Below are positions 25,520 to 40,268 of a stretch of DNA of 64,000 nt, in pieces. Made by a program: the position numbers and the translations under genes. The first letter of the stretch is position 1. The number at the start of each line of letters is the position of its first letter. Location: NCBI GenBank assembly GCA_964016885.1, contig OZ024742.1:322462001-322526000 (forward strand). The letters run 5' to 3'. Below the pieces are notes generated by a model, which was not told the DNA's origin, searched no databases, and saw nothing but the letters and a program-made list of their open reading frames with translations. This DNA comes from Eledone cirrhosa (taxonomy: Eukaryota).

Positions 25520-28330
25520 CAGTTACTACAACTATTACTGCAACAACCACCACCACTACTACCACCAATTCCACCACTACTACCATCAATTCCACCACTA
25601 CTACCACCAATTCCACCACTACTACCACCAATTCCACCACTACTACCACCAATTCCACCACTACTACCATCAATTCCACCTCTACTACTACCAATTCCAC
25701 CTCTACTACTACCAATTCCACCTCTACTACCACCAACTCCACCTCTACTACCACCACCACCATTACTACTACTACTACCACCACCATTACTACTATTACT
25801 ACCACCACCACCACTACTACTAGCCAACACCACCACTACTACTATTGCTACCACCAGTACTCCTACCATGACCACCACTACTATTACCACCACCACTGTT
25901 ATTACCACCACCACCACTGTTATTACCAACACCACCACCACCACTGTTATTACCAACACCACCACTGCTATTACCAACACCACCACCACTGTTATTACCA
26001 ACACCACCACCACCACCACTGCTATTACCAACACCACCACCACCACTGTTATTACCAACACCACCACCACCACTGTTATTACCAACACCACCACCACCAC
26101 TGCTATTACCAACACCACCACCACCACTGCTATTACCAACACCACCACCACCACTGCTATTACCAACACCACCACCACCACTGTTATTACCAACACCACC
26201 ACCACCACTACTATTACCAACACCACCACCACCACTACTATTACCAACACCACCACCACCACTGCTATTACCAACACCACCACCACCACTGTTATTACCA
26301 ACACCACTACCACCAACACCATCGCCACCACCAACACCATCGCCACCACCATCACCACCACATCGCCACCACCAACACCATCACCACCACCAACACCACC
26401 ACCACTACCAACGCCATCACCACCACATCGCCACCACCAACTCCATCACCAACTCCATCGCCACCACCAACACCATCACGACCACATCGCCACCACCAAC
26501 ACCATCGCCACCACCAACACCACCACCACCACCAACACCACCACCACTACCAACACCATCGCCACCACCAACACCACCACCACCACCAACACCACCACTA
26601 CTACCAACACCATCGCCACCACCAACACCACCAACACCACCACCACTACCAACACCACCACCACCACCAACACCACCACCACTACCAACACCACCACCAC
26701 TACCAACACCACCACCACTACCAACACCACCACCACTACCAACACCACCACCACTACCAACACCATTGCCACCACCAACACCACCACCACCACCAACACC
26801 ACCACCACTACCAACACCACCACCAACACCACCACCACTACCAACACCATTGCCACCACCAACACCACCACCACCACCAACACCACCACTACTACCAACA
26901 CCATCGCCACCACCAACACCATCGCCACCACCACCGCCACCACCAACACCACCACCACCACCAACACCACCACCACCACCAACACCACCACCACTACCAA
27001 CACCACCACCACTACCAACACAACCACCAACACCACCACCACTACCAACACTATCTCTACCACCAACACCACCACCACCACCACCAGCAACACCACCACC
27101 ACCACCACCACCACCAACACCACCACCAACACCACCACCACCACCAACACCACCACCACTACCAACACCACCACCACTACCAACACCACCACCACTACCA
27201 ACACCACCACCAACACCACCACCACTACCAACACCATCGCCACCACCAACACCACCACCACCACCAACACCACCACTACTACCAACACCATCGCCACCAC
27301 CAACACCACCACCACCACCAACACCACCACCACCACCAACACCACCACCACCACCAACACCACCACCACCAACACCACCACCACCACCAACACCACCACC
27401 ACTACCAACACCACCACCACTACCAACACCACCACCAACACCACCACCAACACCACCACCAACACCACCACCACCACCAACACCACCACCACCACCAACA
27501 CCACCACCACCACCACTACCAACACCACCACCACTACCAACACCACCACCAACACCACCACCACTACCAACACCACCACCACCACCAACACCACCACCAC
27601 CACCAACACCACCACCACTACCAACACCACCACCACTACCAACACCACCACCAACACCACCACCACCACCAACACCATCGCCACCACCAACACCACCACC
27701 AACACCACCACTACTACCAACACCATCGCCACCACCACCACCACCACCACCACCACTACCAACACCACCACCACTACCAACACCACCACCAACACCACCA
27801 CCACTACCAACACCATCGCCACCACCACCACTACCAACACCACCACCACTACCAACACCACCACCACTACCAACACCACCACCACTACCAACACCACCAC
27901 CAACACCACCACCACTACCAACACCATCGCCACCACCACTACCAACACCACCACCACCACCAACACCACCACCACCACCACCAACACCACCACCACCACC
28001 ACCAACACCACCACCACCACCACCAACACCACCACCACCACCAACACCACCACCACCACCACCACCACCACCACCAACACCACCACCACCACCACCAACA
28101 CCACCACCACCACCACCAACACCACCACCACTACCAACACCACCACCACTACCAACACCACCACCACCACCACCAACACCACCACCACTACCAACACCAC
28201 CACCACCACCACCACCACCACCACCACCAACACCACCACCACTACCAACACCATCGCCACCACCACCACCACCACCACCAACACCACCACCACTACCAAC
28301 ACCATCACCACCACCATCACCACCACTAAC
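25520..28330. repeat. 2.8-kb complex (ACC)n/(ACT)/(AAC) trinucleotide satellite
   Basis: Seen directly; low-complexity ORFs in several frames on both strands. Confidence 0.95.
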
Positions 28331-28797
28331 AATACTGATACTATTGATTATAGTTATTGTTCTTGCAGCCATCCTCTGACATGTGATGGGTGGTGGTTAT
28401 CAACCATCGATGACTACGTGCATATATGTATTTGTGAGGATGTGCATTTGCATACATTTTTCTGTGTGCATGTGCATGTGACTGCATTTGTGTTAATGTC
28501 TGTGCATATGCGTGTATGTTTCCATGCATATGGCCGAGTGTGTGGGCAGTTGCATATATGCATATTCACACAGAAACTGTCATTTATAGATTTTTGTTTA
28601 CAACTTATGACATAGCTGTGTAGTTAAAGAGTTTACTTCGCAACCACATGGTTTCAGGTTCGATCTCATTGTGTGGCACCTGAGACAAGTGTCTTCTACT
28701 AAAGTGGGCCCTACTGGGAAGAGGGGGGGCGTTGAGAAGGTCCAAGGGGGGTGCTGGTGCCGATATAATAGTATATTAAATATCAAATAATACATAT

Positions 28798-29135
28798 GGA
28801 GGCACATGGCTTAGTGGTTAGAGCATTGGCCTTGCAATCGAAAGGTTGTGAGTTCAATTCTCAGACTGAGTGATGTGTTGTTTCCTTGAGCAAGACACTT
28901 TATTTCACATTGCTCCAGTTTACTCAGCTGTAGAAATGAGATAAGGACTAGGGTCCATATCATTCCACTGCAAAGTGGTTGTGGAGGTGCCACGGCAAAA
29001 AAGCACCCAGCACTGTAAATGAGGTTGGTGTTAGGAAGGGCATCCAGCTGTAGAAATCAAGCCACAATCAGTTCCCGTCCCACCCTTGCAAGCAGGGAAA
29101 AAGCGGACGTAAAATGAAATGATGATGATGATGAC
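28798..29135 (+). mobile_element. Full-length tRNA-derived SINE family B
   Basis: GGAGGCACATGGCTTAGTGGTTAGAGC...GAGTTCAATTC...CCTTGAGCAAGACACTTTA...CGGACGTAAAATGAAATGATGATG; colinear with 6205-6652. Confidence 0.85.
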
Positions 29136-29852
29136 ATATATATAAATATGGTAAAATAAAAAATATATAATATTTATTGAATCATAGTATATGTTATATT
29201 ACTTATATATAAATTAACAATTTTATTTATTATATATTATTTACAATTTGCATGTAGGCAGGTCTCTCTGGAAATAGGGTTGGGGGCGCTGAAGGTATTA
29301 TATACCTGTGAGGTAGGGCGGTGACCCAAAACGTTTAAGAACTTTTGTACTATAGCTTCAGTTTGAGCAATGTCTTGTAAGTGAAATTTGATTGACACAT
29401 ACTCTATGGAGGCTTTGTGTTTGTACATATATGTGCAAATGTTTGTACTTTGTGTATGTGTGTGTGTATTCACATTGACACTGCTTAGGCAGCAGGTGAT
29501 GTTTGTTTATAACCTGCTTAAACAATATCGCACAGCTTAGCAGTTCATTAGGGAAAGATCGGTGGAATAAGTACCATAATTTTTCAAAATAAAGTACGTA
29601 TGACATCAGGAAGGGCATCTGACCATAGAATACTGCCTCATAAAGTTTGGTCCAACCCATGCTTACATGTAAAAATTGTTACTACTACTACCACCACTAC
29701 CACCACAACTAGTTTGCAGTAGGGTCAATGTGGTTGTTTAATTTATCTCTCATCAGACTAGAGATTTGCTAATTAAGTCTTTTGATTTTGCTGACATAGA
29801 TTTGCAAGTACTGACTTGCTGCACTCACGCACAAAAATAAACGCACACACAT

Positions 29853-29957
<105 letters not shown>

Positions 29958-30087
29958 CACATACATATGCATATGTGTATACATATTTACATACGCACAC
30001 ATATCTATGCTCACACACATATTTATACATGCACATATATATGCACACATGTATACATATTTACATACACAATGTATGCTCGCATAT

Positions 30088-30148
<61 letters not shown>

Positions 30149-30244
30149 CAAACACATACATACCTGTCATTCTCATGTTTATATATATTATCTCCACCTT
30201 AAATGTTTTTCCACATTTAATTAATTTATTCTTAATTATTAGTT

Positions 30245-30905
30245 TTAGGGTGGTTAATTGGCAGTATCATCTGAACATTGAACAAAATGTTTTGTGGTAT
30301 TTGTTCTGTCTCTTTACATTCTCAGTTCAATTCCTACTGAGGTCAACTCTACCTTTCATCTTTCCAAAGTTGATAAAATAAAGTACCAGTCTTGTATTAA
30401 AATCAACATTAGTGACATTCCCTTATTCCCAAACTTGTGCTTAAACTAGAAACCATTATTATAAGTATTATTATTAGGGCAGTATAAATAAAGTACAGAT
30501 AAAATAAAGTACCAGTAATGTACTGGGTAATTGATGGCCTTGTGCCAAAAGTAGAAACAATTATTATTAGGGCAGTAAGGGCGGTGGATTGGCAGAATCG
30601 CTAGCATCACACAAGATGCTTAGCGGCATAGTTACAGCCTTTTACATTCTGAGTTCAAATCCCGCCGAGGTTAGCTTTGCCTTTCATCCTTACAGGGTCG
30701 ATAAAATAAAGTATCAGTAATGCACTGAGGTCGATTTAATCGACTTTCTCCTTCTCCAAAATTGTTGGTCTTGTGCCAAAATCAGAAACATTATTGGGGC
30801 AGTGAATTGGCAGAATCATTGTAGCAACATTGGACAAAATATGTCATGGTACTTATCCCAGCTCTTTACATTGTGCAGTCAAATCATGCCGGGATCAACT
30901 TTTCC
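30245..30905 (+). mobile_element. Head-to-tail cluster of SINE family A copies
   Basis: About four starts of GG..GTG.ATTGGCAG.ATC and repeated GATAAAATAAAGTACCAGT...AGAAACA.TATTATT ends. Confidence 0.75.
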
Positions 30906-31250
30906 AGAGATACATGAACCCATAATGTGATTCTCAGGGAGATTCAGCATGACACAATGTGTGACAAGGCTGAACCTTTGAATTACAGGCACAGTCCTTC
31001 TTGTATTATAGTGTAATTGGCTGAGTATTTTATAGACATATGTACCCCTTATGGGATTCTCAGGGAGATTCAACATGATCACAAGCTGGTCCTTTGAATT
31101 AAAAGTATAACTCATTTTTTATTTTCTCTGGTTGAGTGGACTGGGGCAATGTGAAATAAAATGTCTTGCTCAAGGACCGATCTGTTGTCAGGATTCAAAC
31201 TCCTGACCTTATGATCATGAGCCAAACAACTGATTTAAGCCACACGCCAT
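30905..31250 (-). mobile_element. tRNA-derived SINE with internal duplication
   Basis: GATTCTCAGGGAGATTCA.CATGA is duplicated (~30929, ~31055); reverse-strand tRNA-like head near 31245. Confidence 0.65.
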
Positions 31251-32059
31251 GCTAAACAACAATGTCAACAACAACATGATGGCAGAAAACAAGAAGAAAT
31301 TCTGAAATGTTGTTAAAAATGTAATTATTTTATTTGAAACACTAACAAGAAGTGGATGTTAATTCTCTTAAGAAATAAATTAACAAAGACTTAACTTAAC
31401 GAATAACATTTTTTCTCCCTCTTGTCGCAAAGCAAATGACTTCAACATAATTTGATCATGTTCACAGTAAAAAGATTTATTTTTCTTTGTGTATATGTGT
31501 GGGTGTGTGTATGTGGGTGTATGTATGGGTGTGTATGTATCAGTGTATGGGTGTGTGCAAGTGTATATGGATATGTATGTGTATACAGATTTACATGTTT
31601 GTTCAGGTATGTGTAAGGGTTTGTGTTAGTGTATGCATGTGTGTACATGTGTGCATAATGATTTTCCAAATTAGAATTCTCCCAGCTATATTCCACTAGA
31701 ATATCACTATATTCAATAAAGTTCTATATAAGCCATCTTTCTGAAGATTTACACCATTCCTAATAAATTTAAATTTTTCCATGAAATGCTACCACAATGC
31801 AACTATAGTTTAGATTATGGCTTTTTAATAATTGAATCATGATTGTTTTAAAATGATGAATTTGTAGAGTTGTTAGAGCAGTGGATAGAATGTGTTGTTT
31901 CAGTTCTTTGTGCTCCTGGTGTCAGCTTGGGGTCAGCTTTACTTTCATCCATCTTTCTAGGATTGATAAAATGATTTCCACAAACATTCAGGTGTTTCAT
32001 GAACTATGTTGGTGAATTCATCAAAGAAACACTTATGGAGGATTTCGGTGATTCACATG

Positions 32060-33300
32060 AAGTACATAATGCATGGTGGTTAAGCATGAATGTAGGATGT
32101 TCCGACTCGACTTTGTGGGTTCCCACCTGTATTATATAACTTTGTCTGTCCAGCCCCACATGTATTGTAACCCCTGTGTTAATTGTATTTCTGTGTGCAT
32201 GCCCATGTGGCCAATAAAGAAATTATTATTATTAGGTGGTTCATTTGCTGTCCACACCTTCTGCATAGAGGATTGGGCATACCATGGCTGATGGTGTACA
32301 GACATGCACTGAGGCTGTGACATCTCCATCATTTTCTTGACAGTGAACAGGTATAGTCTCTGTTCACCAGTCATGTGTTTCCCTAGCTCATCTCCTTGAT
32401 GGAGCTACAGTCCTGGATCAAGCAAAGACAAGGGAATGCTTGGCAACTGAAATGTCATGCGCTCACAGCCCTCTACCAGTCAGCTACTGCGATTGGTGGA
32501 AAATCCACTTTGGCATTTTTTAGAAGATTAGTGGTGAGGAAAACGACAGCATTTTGGGGTCAACTCTGGGTGTTAAAGATGATTAACTAACCACTCTCTT
32601 CTGGAGAAATTTCAACCCACAACTGATGGATAGCTTCCAGAAATCTCTGGCCTGTCTGTGCTACCAGGAGGTAGCACAGGTCTAGATGAGCTCTATAGGC
32701 ATAGAAGTACCGTCAGCTGAGCTTGTCTGAGATGCATGCAGCGTGATGAAACTGTACTGCATGAAATTGTCCAGTGTCCAAGCATTGCTAACTTGTGGAG
32801 CTATGTCAAACAGCTGCTGCTGCATGTAGGACACCCAGCTACCATGAAGATAACCCTGCTATCTTCTTTTAGTCAAGAAGGGAAAGCTGTTTTCATCTGC
32901 CTGAGAGTCATGGTGAAAGAGGTTGTGGTGTGGACGTGGTCGAAAGGGTTAAGGACACTTTCTTATTCGGCAAGATGCTGATTAATTTTTACAAGTTTCA
33001 CTTGAAGAGGAAAAGCAAGGTGAAAAGGGATGTGCTGCCTTCCAGCCAGTTTGTTCAGAGGTGGATGAGTGGCGAGCATGGTCTAAGTGAACAAGCCTGC
33101 GCTGAGTAAACTGGGAGAGGGCACTTGCCCTAGTGGTCAGGGTGCCTGTGGCCTTTCTTTACATGTAACCCTGGGAAGTTTCCCTATATTGGGGAATGTT
33201 CTTTTGTTTTCATATTTTTAAATGAAAAAAAGCTGTATCATCATATGCCATTCATGTTTTCTTCATGTGAACCCTTTGTAGTTCATAAAGAAACCATTAT
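32060..33300 (+). mobile_element. Old degraded Tx1/L1 3' fragments (relative of the 47.5-kb element)
   Basis: ELQSWIKQ...AWQLKCHALTAL...GKST aligns with ELQSWVKQ...AWHIECAQALTAL...GEST (51.9 kb). ETVLH..VQCP...LW is the L1 C-terminal Zn-finger motif. GTGGCCAATAAAGAAA 3' end at ~32220. Confidence 0.75.
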
Positions 33301-33594
33301 TATTTTTATTGCAAGTCGTCACTGCGTTACTGAGCACAGCTCTATGTGCCTTGGGTGTGTGCAGAGTTGTTTTGGGTGTTGTTTCTATTTTATTGAAAGT
33401 ACTCTCTATAATGTGTGTGCAGCACCTATTACTATTATTATTATTGTTGTTGTTGTTAACTGTTCTGTTTTCTGTTGATTATACAGTATATTGATAAGTG
33501 AAACCTCCAATTATCTGAAGGTGCCTCGTTTTATTTTCATTATTATATATCCCTACATATTTACAATTCCTTGAGTTTACATCTTTTTGCTGGC

Positions 33595-33705
33595 ATTGCT
33601 GCTGCTGTTGGTGGTGTTGCTGCTGCTGTTGGTGGTGTTGCTGCTGCTGTTGGTGGTGTTGCTGCTGCTGTTGGTGGTGTTGCTACTGCTGTTGGTGATG
33701 TTGCT
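33595..33705. repeat. 21-bp tandem repeat (GCTGCTGCTGTTGGTGGTGTT) x~5
   Basis: Seen directly. Confidence 0.9.
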
Positions 33706-34999
33706 AGCATTGTTGTTGCTATTGATTTATGAGAGTAGGAAAATTTACTATTAGAAATATTGATTGTTGGCATCTACCATCAGTTACACACACACTCTTT
33801 CTCTCCACCTCTCCCTGTCATTTTAATTTTCTCTCTATATGTATATATATCTTTTAGTCTCTCTCTCTCTCTCTCTCTCTTCACCCATGCAAGTAAGCAA
33901 GATTTTCAAAGCAACACACTGTGTGTGTATATTTCTCAAGAACTCAACTTCCATAATGATAAACACATTCTTAAATCTATCAATAACCTCTTTCCTACTT
34001 ATATCTATGTGTGTTAGCTACCATGTGTATTCAATTATATAAGTCATTTAGTATATCTACCTTATACTGAAGTTTTCCATTGTCCTCCATTCCTAATACC
34101 ATATTTATGGACATAAGATGAATCTGATGTGTGAAAGAGAGAAGACTGTGCTGGTATGGACATGTGATACATATGGATGATGTTTGTTGGGTGAAGAAGT
34201 GCAAGGATATGCCAGTGGAAGGAAGCTGCATTGTTATCATCTTTGTCAACTTCATTCAACCCATACAAGCATAGATGTAAAAGGATATGTATGTGTATTT
34301 GTGTATGTGTTTATTGATTTGATCTGATGGAAGGGGCTGTTTCCATAACCCCCTGGGACCAGTGAGATTCATGTGCCTTGAAAATGATCAAGTTTTTTTT
34401 TGTCTTGTGCTCTAACAATTTTGCCAATACCCCACCCTTAATAATGTCTAATTTAGGCACAAGGCCAGCAATAATTGGCAGGAGGAGAAAGCTGATTGTA
34501 TCAATCCCAGTACATGGCCTAGTGGTTTGGGTGTTATTTACAATCGTGAGGTTGTGAATGCAATTCCTTGACTGGCGTTGTATTGTGTTCTTGGCCAAGA
34601 TACTTCATTGTATGTTGTTTTCCATGATATGACTGCAACCTCGTAGGAAGCCAGCTAAGAAAGTAATGGTGTGAACTATAAACTTTATTTTTTTTACTGT
34701 TTGATCAGAAAGAGAAGAGCAATACCCATAACCGTTTTCAGGGCTTCTGAAACTGGTGGGAGAGAAGGTGAGAGAGAGATTTCCTACAATGAGAGACCAG
34801 GCCTGAATACTTGCAACTGAATGAACTCTACTAAAAGTATCCAAGGGTCATGTCATGGTGTAGTAAAAGGGAACAAATTAAGTCTGCTACCTAAGTTTAT
34901 AGTGTATTGGTTTATCATCAAAAAGATCAAATGTTGATATTCCACCACTGAAACTGTGCTATTGTCCATGGTCAAGAGACTTACACTGTATTTTTTCCA

Positions 35000-35345
35000 G
35001 GTACAGGCATGACTGTTTGCTTAAGGTCTTTTCACAACCATGTGGTTTGGGGTTCAGTCATACTGTACAGCACATTGGGCAATTGTATTCTATTATAGCC
35101 TCATGTTGATCAATGCCTTGCAAGTGAAATTTGGTAGAAAAATGGAGAAACCCTTCATTTATATGTGTAAGTAGATGTGTGTATGCATGAGTGCCTGTGT
35201 TCATGTCCTATATCTTAGCTGTTCAACGAAAAGAGATTGTTAATAAGTACCAGATGTGAAACAAAAAAATTCTGGGAGTGATATGATCAACCCTTCAAGG
35301 CAATGACAGCAATTTCACTGAAACTAGTTAAAAAATAAAAGTACT
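35000..35345 (+). mobile_element. tRNA-derived SINE family C (intact counterpart of the copy split at 42648/44791)
   Basis: GGTACAGGCATGACTG...CACAACCATGTGGTTTGGGGTTCAGTC...TTGATCAATGCCTTGCAAGTGAAATTTGGTAGA. Confidence 0.7.
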
Positions 35346-36391
35346 CAAGTACATACACACACATAGACACATAAAATTTATCAAAATGTTTTTTTTTAAA
35401 TGTCCTTACTATTCTGTCCATCCACTGACCTTGGTTTCTGTGATTCAGACAACGCTGACAATTTGAGGAGAGAGGAACAGTTGATTACACTGACTCCAAT
35501 ATTTGATTGGTACTTTTATTGACCTCAGAAGGATGAAAGGCAAAGTTGACCATGGCAAGATTTGTACTCTGAATGTAAAGAATTGAAACCAAATACTGCC
35601 AAGCAGTTTGTCCAATGCTCTAACGGTTTTGCCAATCTGCTTATAACAACATACTCTTGTGACTGCTTTACACATACACATGTCTGTTACACACATACAT
35701 ATGCACACACACACACACATTCACTCAAACACGCTATTATATAAATTTGATTTCATTAATTTATCAAATTGTATTTGAAATACAAAAAATAAAAGCCCTC
35801 TATCAGTAGTAGGTCTGTCATATATACAAGGAATATTCTTAGTAATCAATGGAATTCTGCAGAGGAGGGGAGATATATGAACAATTTCTCTGTCTGTTTG
35901 TGGTTGGGAATGGTGGTGGGTTTGGAAAGTAAAACCCATAGAAAATTTATTTTTATTTATTTATTTTTTTTTTTTTTCATATTTATTTTAAAAATAAAAT
36001 ATTGAATGAAAAGTTAGTTGCATCAATTAGAATTTTAGGTTAGTGGCACAGATGATTGTTTGTTGGTAGTGTAGTGTGGTTTAGTGGTGTGTTGTGTGGT
36101 TTAGAGGTGTGATGTGTAGTGTGGTGCGATGTGTAGTGTGCTTTAGTGGTGTGTGTGGTGTAATGTGTAGTGTGGTTTAGTGGTGTGTGATGTGTAGTGT
36201 GGTGGTAGTGTAAGGTAGTGGTGTGGTGTGGGGTGATCTGTAGTTTAGTGGTGTATGATGTGTAGTGTGGTATGATGTGATGTGTGGTGTTTAGCTAGTT
36301 GTGTGGTTTGGGTGGGCAGGGGATGTTGTATGATTAAAAGTTAATAACTTTGCAGTAAGTCTTCGAATTTAGAATAATTATCATTATCATC

Positions 36392-36905
36392 TCTGACATC
36401 TTATTGACATCTATCATCCTTATTGACATCTATCATCCTTATTGACATCTATCATCCTTATTGACATCTATCATCCTTATTGGCATCTGTCATCCTTGAC
36501 ATCTGTCATCCTTATTGACATCTGTCCTCCTTATTGACATCTGTCCACCTTATTGACATCTGTCCTCCTTATTGACATCTGTTCTCCTTATTGACATCTG
36601 TCATCCCTATTGACATCTGTCATCCCTATTGACATCTGTCATCCCTATTGACATCTCTGTCATCCCTATTGACATCTCTGTCATCCCTATTGACATCTCT
36701 GTCATCCCTATTGACATCTCTGTCATCCCTATTGACATCTCTGTCATCCCTATTGACATCTCTGTCATCCCTATTGACATCTCTGTCATCCCTATTGACA
36801 TCTGTCATCCCTATTGACATCTCTGTCATCCCTATTGACATCTCCGCCATCCCTATTGACATCTCTATCATTACTATCGACATCTGTCATTACTATTGAC
36901 ATCTT
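36392..36905. repeat. 19/21-bp minisatellite (TATTGACATCT(CT)GTCATCC(C/T))
   Basis: Seen directly; the unit changes stepwise along the array. Confidence 0.95.
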
Positions 36906-37474
36906 TATCATCATCGTTATCACCATCATCATAATCATTGTCATCTTCGTTGTCACTATCATCATCATTGTCGTCTTCATTGTCGTCTTCATTGTCGTCT
37001 TCGTTGTCATTATCGTCATTTACAGTATCATTGTTATCTTAATCTTTGTCATTATCTTTATTACATCACTGTTGTCATCGGAGTTGTCATCTTTTTTCCA
37101 AAGTCTGTTATTTATTTCAATCTCTACTTGTTGAACCACAAAGTTATGAGACATAAATAGAAACAATATATAATGTAAATACAAACATGGGAACATATGC
37201 ACACACACATACATACCCCTACACACACCCATAGATAACTATACACACATACAGAAACACACACAATTCTTTTATACTTTTTATTAGTTTCATTCCCTTT
37301 ATTTTCTGTTCAGTCTTTGTTAAAGAAATATTTTTAAATTGAAAAGAAAATTTTGTTGAATGTCAAAGAACAAAAGAACAGTAGAATAGAGAAATAACAG
37401 TTCCCACACAATTATTTTTGTATTGTGTGTGTAAATCTATTGAGGGGGTCAGAACTGAACTGACTGGTAGGGTC

Positions 37475-37627
37475 TGGGTGGGGGCCTAGGGTGGGAGAAG
37501 AGCAAGAGAGGGGTGGAAGCCTAGGGTGGAGAGGAAGCACCAAGAGGGGTAGAGGCCTAGGTTAGCGAGAAATCACTAAGGGAGGGGTGGGGTCCTAGGT
37601 TGGTGAAGGAGCACCAAGAGAGGGGTG
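37475..37627. repeat. G-rich ~36-40-bp degenerate tandem repeat x4
   Basis: GGGGTG...CCTAGG.T.G.GA..AGCAC.AAGAG recurs four times. Confidence 0.7.
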
Positions 37628-37644
37628 TTTGTTCCCACTGTTAA

Positions 37645-37894
37645 CCCTTTTGGTACCAATCTAGCTGAAACTGGCTCTGGTTCTGTGAAACAAAACCACT
37701 TATTTTAAAGGGATCCTATTCAAATATAAAAGCTTTCCAACATAATGTTATAAAAACCTTTTGGTAAGTTATGCTGCAAATACTATCTTAATAATTAAAT
37801 AATTAATAAGTTTAGTAGAATTAGTAAATCCCTCCAAATTCTTTATTAATTAATTGAAATCTAGTAAGTCATTAGAAATATGGCCATAAGAGGG
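37645..37894. mobile_element. piggyBac-type MITE with TTAA TSD
   Basis: TTAA|CCCTTTTGGTACCA ... TGGCCATAAGAGGG|TTAA, with TTAA at 37641-44 and 37895-98. Confidence 0.75.
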
Positions 37895-38284
37895 TTAAAT
37901 ATGTATATGATGTTGAATAGTAAATATAATAAGAAATTTTTCTTATTTAGTTACTAAGATATATTCTTCCATTAGATTAAAACAACTGAAATTTTAACTA
38001 TAGAAGACAGGAATGCAGAATCAGAAAAAATAGACAGAAAGACTGGCTACAAATTTCTTAAAACTTTTTCCATTTTTCAGCATAAGTAATTCATATGAAT
38101 AACTTTTAATATAGATTGAAGAAGAATGGAATTTAAAATAGGAAAATATAGAGAAAAGAGAAAAAATTAAAATGGGAAGGTGAGGGAATGGCAAGAACTC
38201 TAGTGTCACAGAAAAATTGGGAGGGGGAAGAGGAGGATGAATGGACTTTGGGCCTAGGGTGCAGCAGTAGGTGGGGCTGCGTCC

Positions 38285-38515
38285 CATGGACAAGACCGCA
38301 AAAGTATTCCCGCAGATAATGGCCAGCGATACCCGCTGCAACAGCCGCCCCACTTCGTGGGGGTCCTTCCTCAGATGGGCTGCTGAAGTTCTGATCTTGT
38401 GGAGGAGCTCGACTGTTCAGGGTCCAAGTACGACTGAGGTCTCGATAGCAACCGGTGCGAAAGGAAGCAGTCGGTCAATATGTGAATTGCCATCATTTTT
38501 AACAACACAGGCTCA
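38285..38515 (-). mobile_element. 3' relic of a CRE-like REL-endonuclease non-LTR retrotransposon
   Basis: Minus strand reads FAPVAIETSVVLGP*...DPHEVGRLLQRVSLAIICGNTFAVL, matching 'F.P.A.ET.G..G...QR.S.AI.RGN...VL'. It is a GC-rich island. Confidence 0.7.
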
Positions 38516-38879
38516 CTAGTAAAAGAATAACACAAATACACAATAAAAATTAAATTATATGGAAATTGTATGTAAAATCTATTAAAGGAGAGGGCATATG
38601 AAACTGAACTGGTTGGTAGGGTCTCAGTGAAGCCAGCTGAGTTAGGGATCTGGGTGGAGAGGGCTGTTAGGGATGTTTGTTTTTCTTCTTTGTGTATATG
38701 AGGCACTAATTTGGGTGTGTTTAATTAGTGGATTTTCATGATCACTTGATCACTTACAGATTGATTACCTGTCTTAGCTATAATAAAATGGATAAAATAA
38801 ACACAGTTGTCTAAAGGTATTAAGTGGTGGTGGTGTGTATGTTTGTAGTGGTGGTGGTGCGTATGTTTGTACTACTGGT

Positions 38880-40268
38880 GATGGTGGTGGTTTTTCTAGT
38901 GATGGTGTTGTTGGCTGTGATGGTAGTAATGGTGTTGATAGTTGTGGTGGTGGTAGTAATGGTGTTGTTGGTTGTGGTGCTGGTAGTGATGGTGTTGTTG
39001 GTTGTAGTGCTGTTGGTTGTGGTGCTGGTAGTGATGGTGTTGTTGGTTGTGGTGCTGTTGGTTGTGGTGCTGGTAGTGATGGTGTTGTTGGTTGTGGTGC
39101 TGGTAGTGATGGTGTTGTTGGTTGTGGTGCTGGTAGTGATGGTGTTGTTGGTTGTGGTGCTGTTGGTTGTGGTGCTGTTGGTTGTGGTGCTGTTGGTTGT
39201 GGTGCTGGTAGTGGTGTTGTTGGTTGTGGTGCTGGTAGTGATGGTGTTGTTGGTTGTGGTGCTGTTGATTGTGGTGCTGTTGGTTGTGGTGCTGGTAGTG
39301 GTGTTGTTGGTTGTGGTGCTGGTAGTGATGGTGTTGTTGGTTGTGGTGCTGTTGGTTGTGGTGCTGGTAGTGATGGTGTTGTTGGTTGTGGTGCTGGTAG
39401 TGATGGTGTTGTTGGTTGTGGTGCTGTTGGTTGTGGTGCTGGTAGTGATGGTGTTGTTGGTTGTGGTGCTGGTAGTGATGGTGTTGTTGGTTGTAGTGCT
39501 GTTGGTTGTGGTGCTGGTAGTGATGGTGTTGTTGGTTGTGGTGTTGTTGGTTGTGGTGCTGGTAGTGATGGTGTTGTTGGTTGTGGTGCTGGTAGTGATG
39601 GTGTTGTTGGTTGTGGTGCTGGTAGTGATGGTGTTGTTGGTTGTGGTGCTGGTAGTGATGGTGTTGTTGGTTGTGGTGCTGGTAGTGATGGTGTTGTTGG
39701 TTGTGGTGCTGTTGGTTGTGGTGCTGGTAGTGATGGTGTTGTTGGTTGTAGTGCTGTTGGTTGTGGTGCTGGTAGTGATGGTGTTGTTGGTTGTGGTGCT
39801 GTTGGTTGTGGTGCTGGTAGTGATGGTGTTGTTGGTTGTGGTGCTGGTAGTGATGGTGCTGTTGGTTGTGGTGCTGTTGGTTGTGGTGCTGGTAGTGATG
39901 GTGTTGTTGGTTGTGGTGTTGTTGGTTGTGGTGCTGGTAGTGATGGTGTTGTTGGTTGTGGTGTTGTTGGTTGTGGTGCTGGTAGTGATGGTGTTGTTGG
40001 TTGTGGTGTTGTTGGTTGTGGTGCTGGTAGTGATGGTGTTGTTGGTTGTGGTGCTGGTAGTGATGGTGTTGTTGGTTGTGGTGCTGGTAGTGATGGTGTT
40101 GTTGGTTGTGGTGCTGGTAGTGATGGTGTTGTTGGTTGTGGTGTTGTTGGTTGTGGTGCTGGTAGTGATGGTGTTGTTGGTTGTGGTGCTGGTAGTGATG
40201 GTGTTGTTGGTTGTGGTGCTGGTAGTGATGGTGTTGTTGGTTGTGGTGTTGTTGGTTGTATTGTTGGG
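38880..40268. repeat. Minisatellite of interspersed 30-bp (GGTTGTGGTGCTGGTAGTGATGGTGTTGTT) and 15-bp units
   Basis: Seen directly (GCGAGSDGVV / GCGAV periodicity in the ORF track). Confidence 0.95.

Noticed and set aside
25396-28615. His/Thr/Pro/Gly/Val-rich ORFs as structural proteins
   Set aside because: Trinucleotide satellite open in most frames on both strands; no signal peptide or unique domain.
28798-28870. tRNA gene
   Set aside because: A/B boxes continue into a SINE body and tail; no intact cloverleaf.
36392-36905. CRISPR-like array
   Set aside because: Contiguous tandem units with no unique spacers; eukaryotic context with no cas genes.
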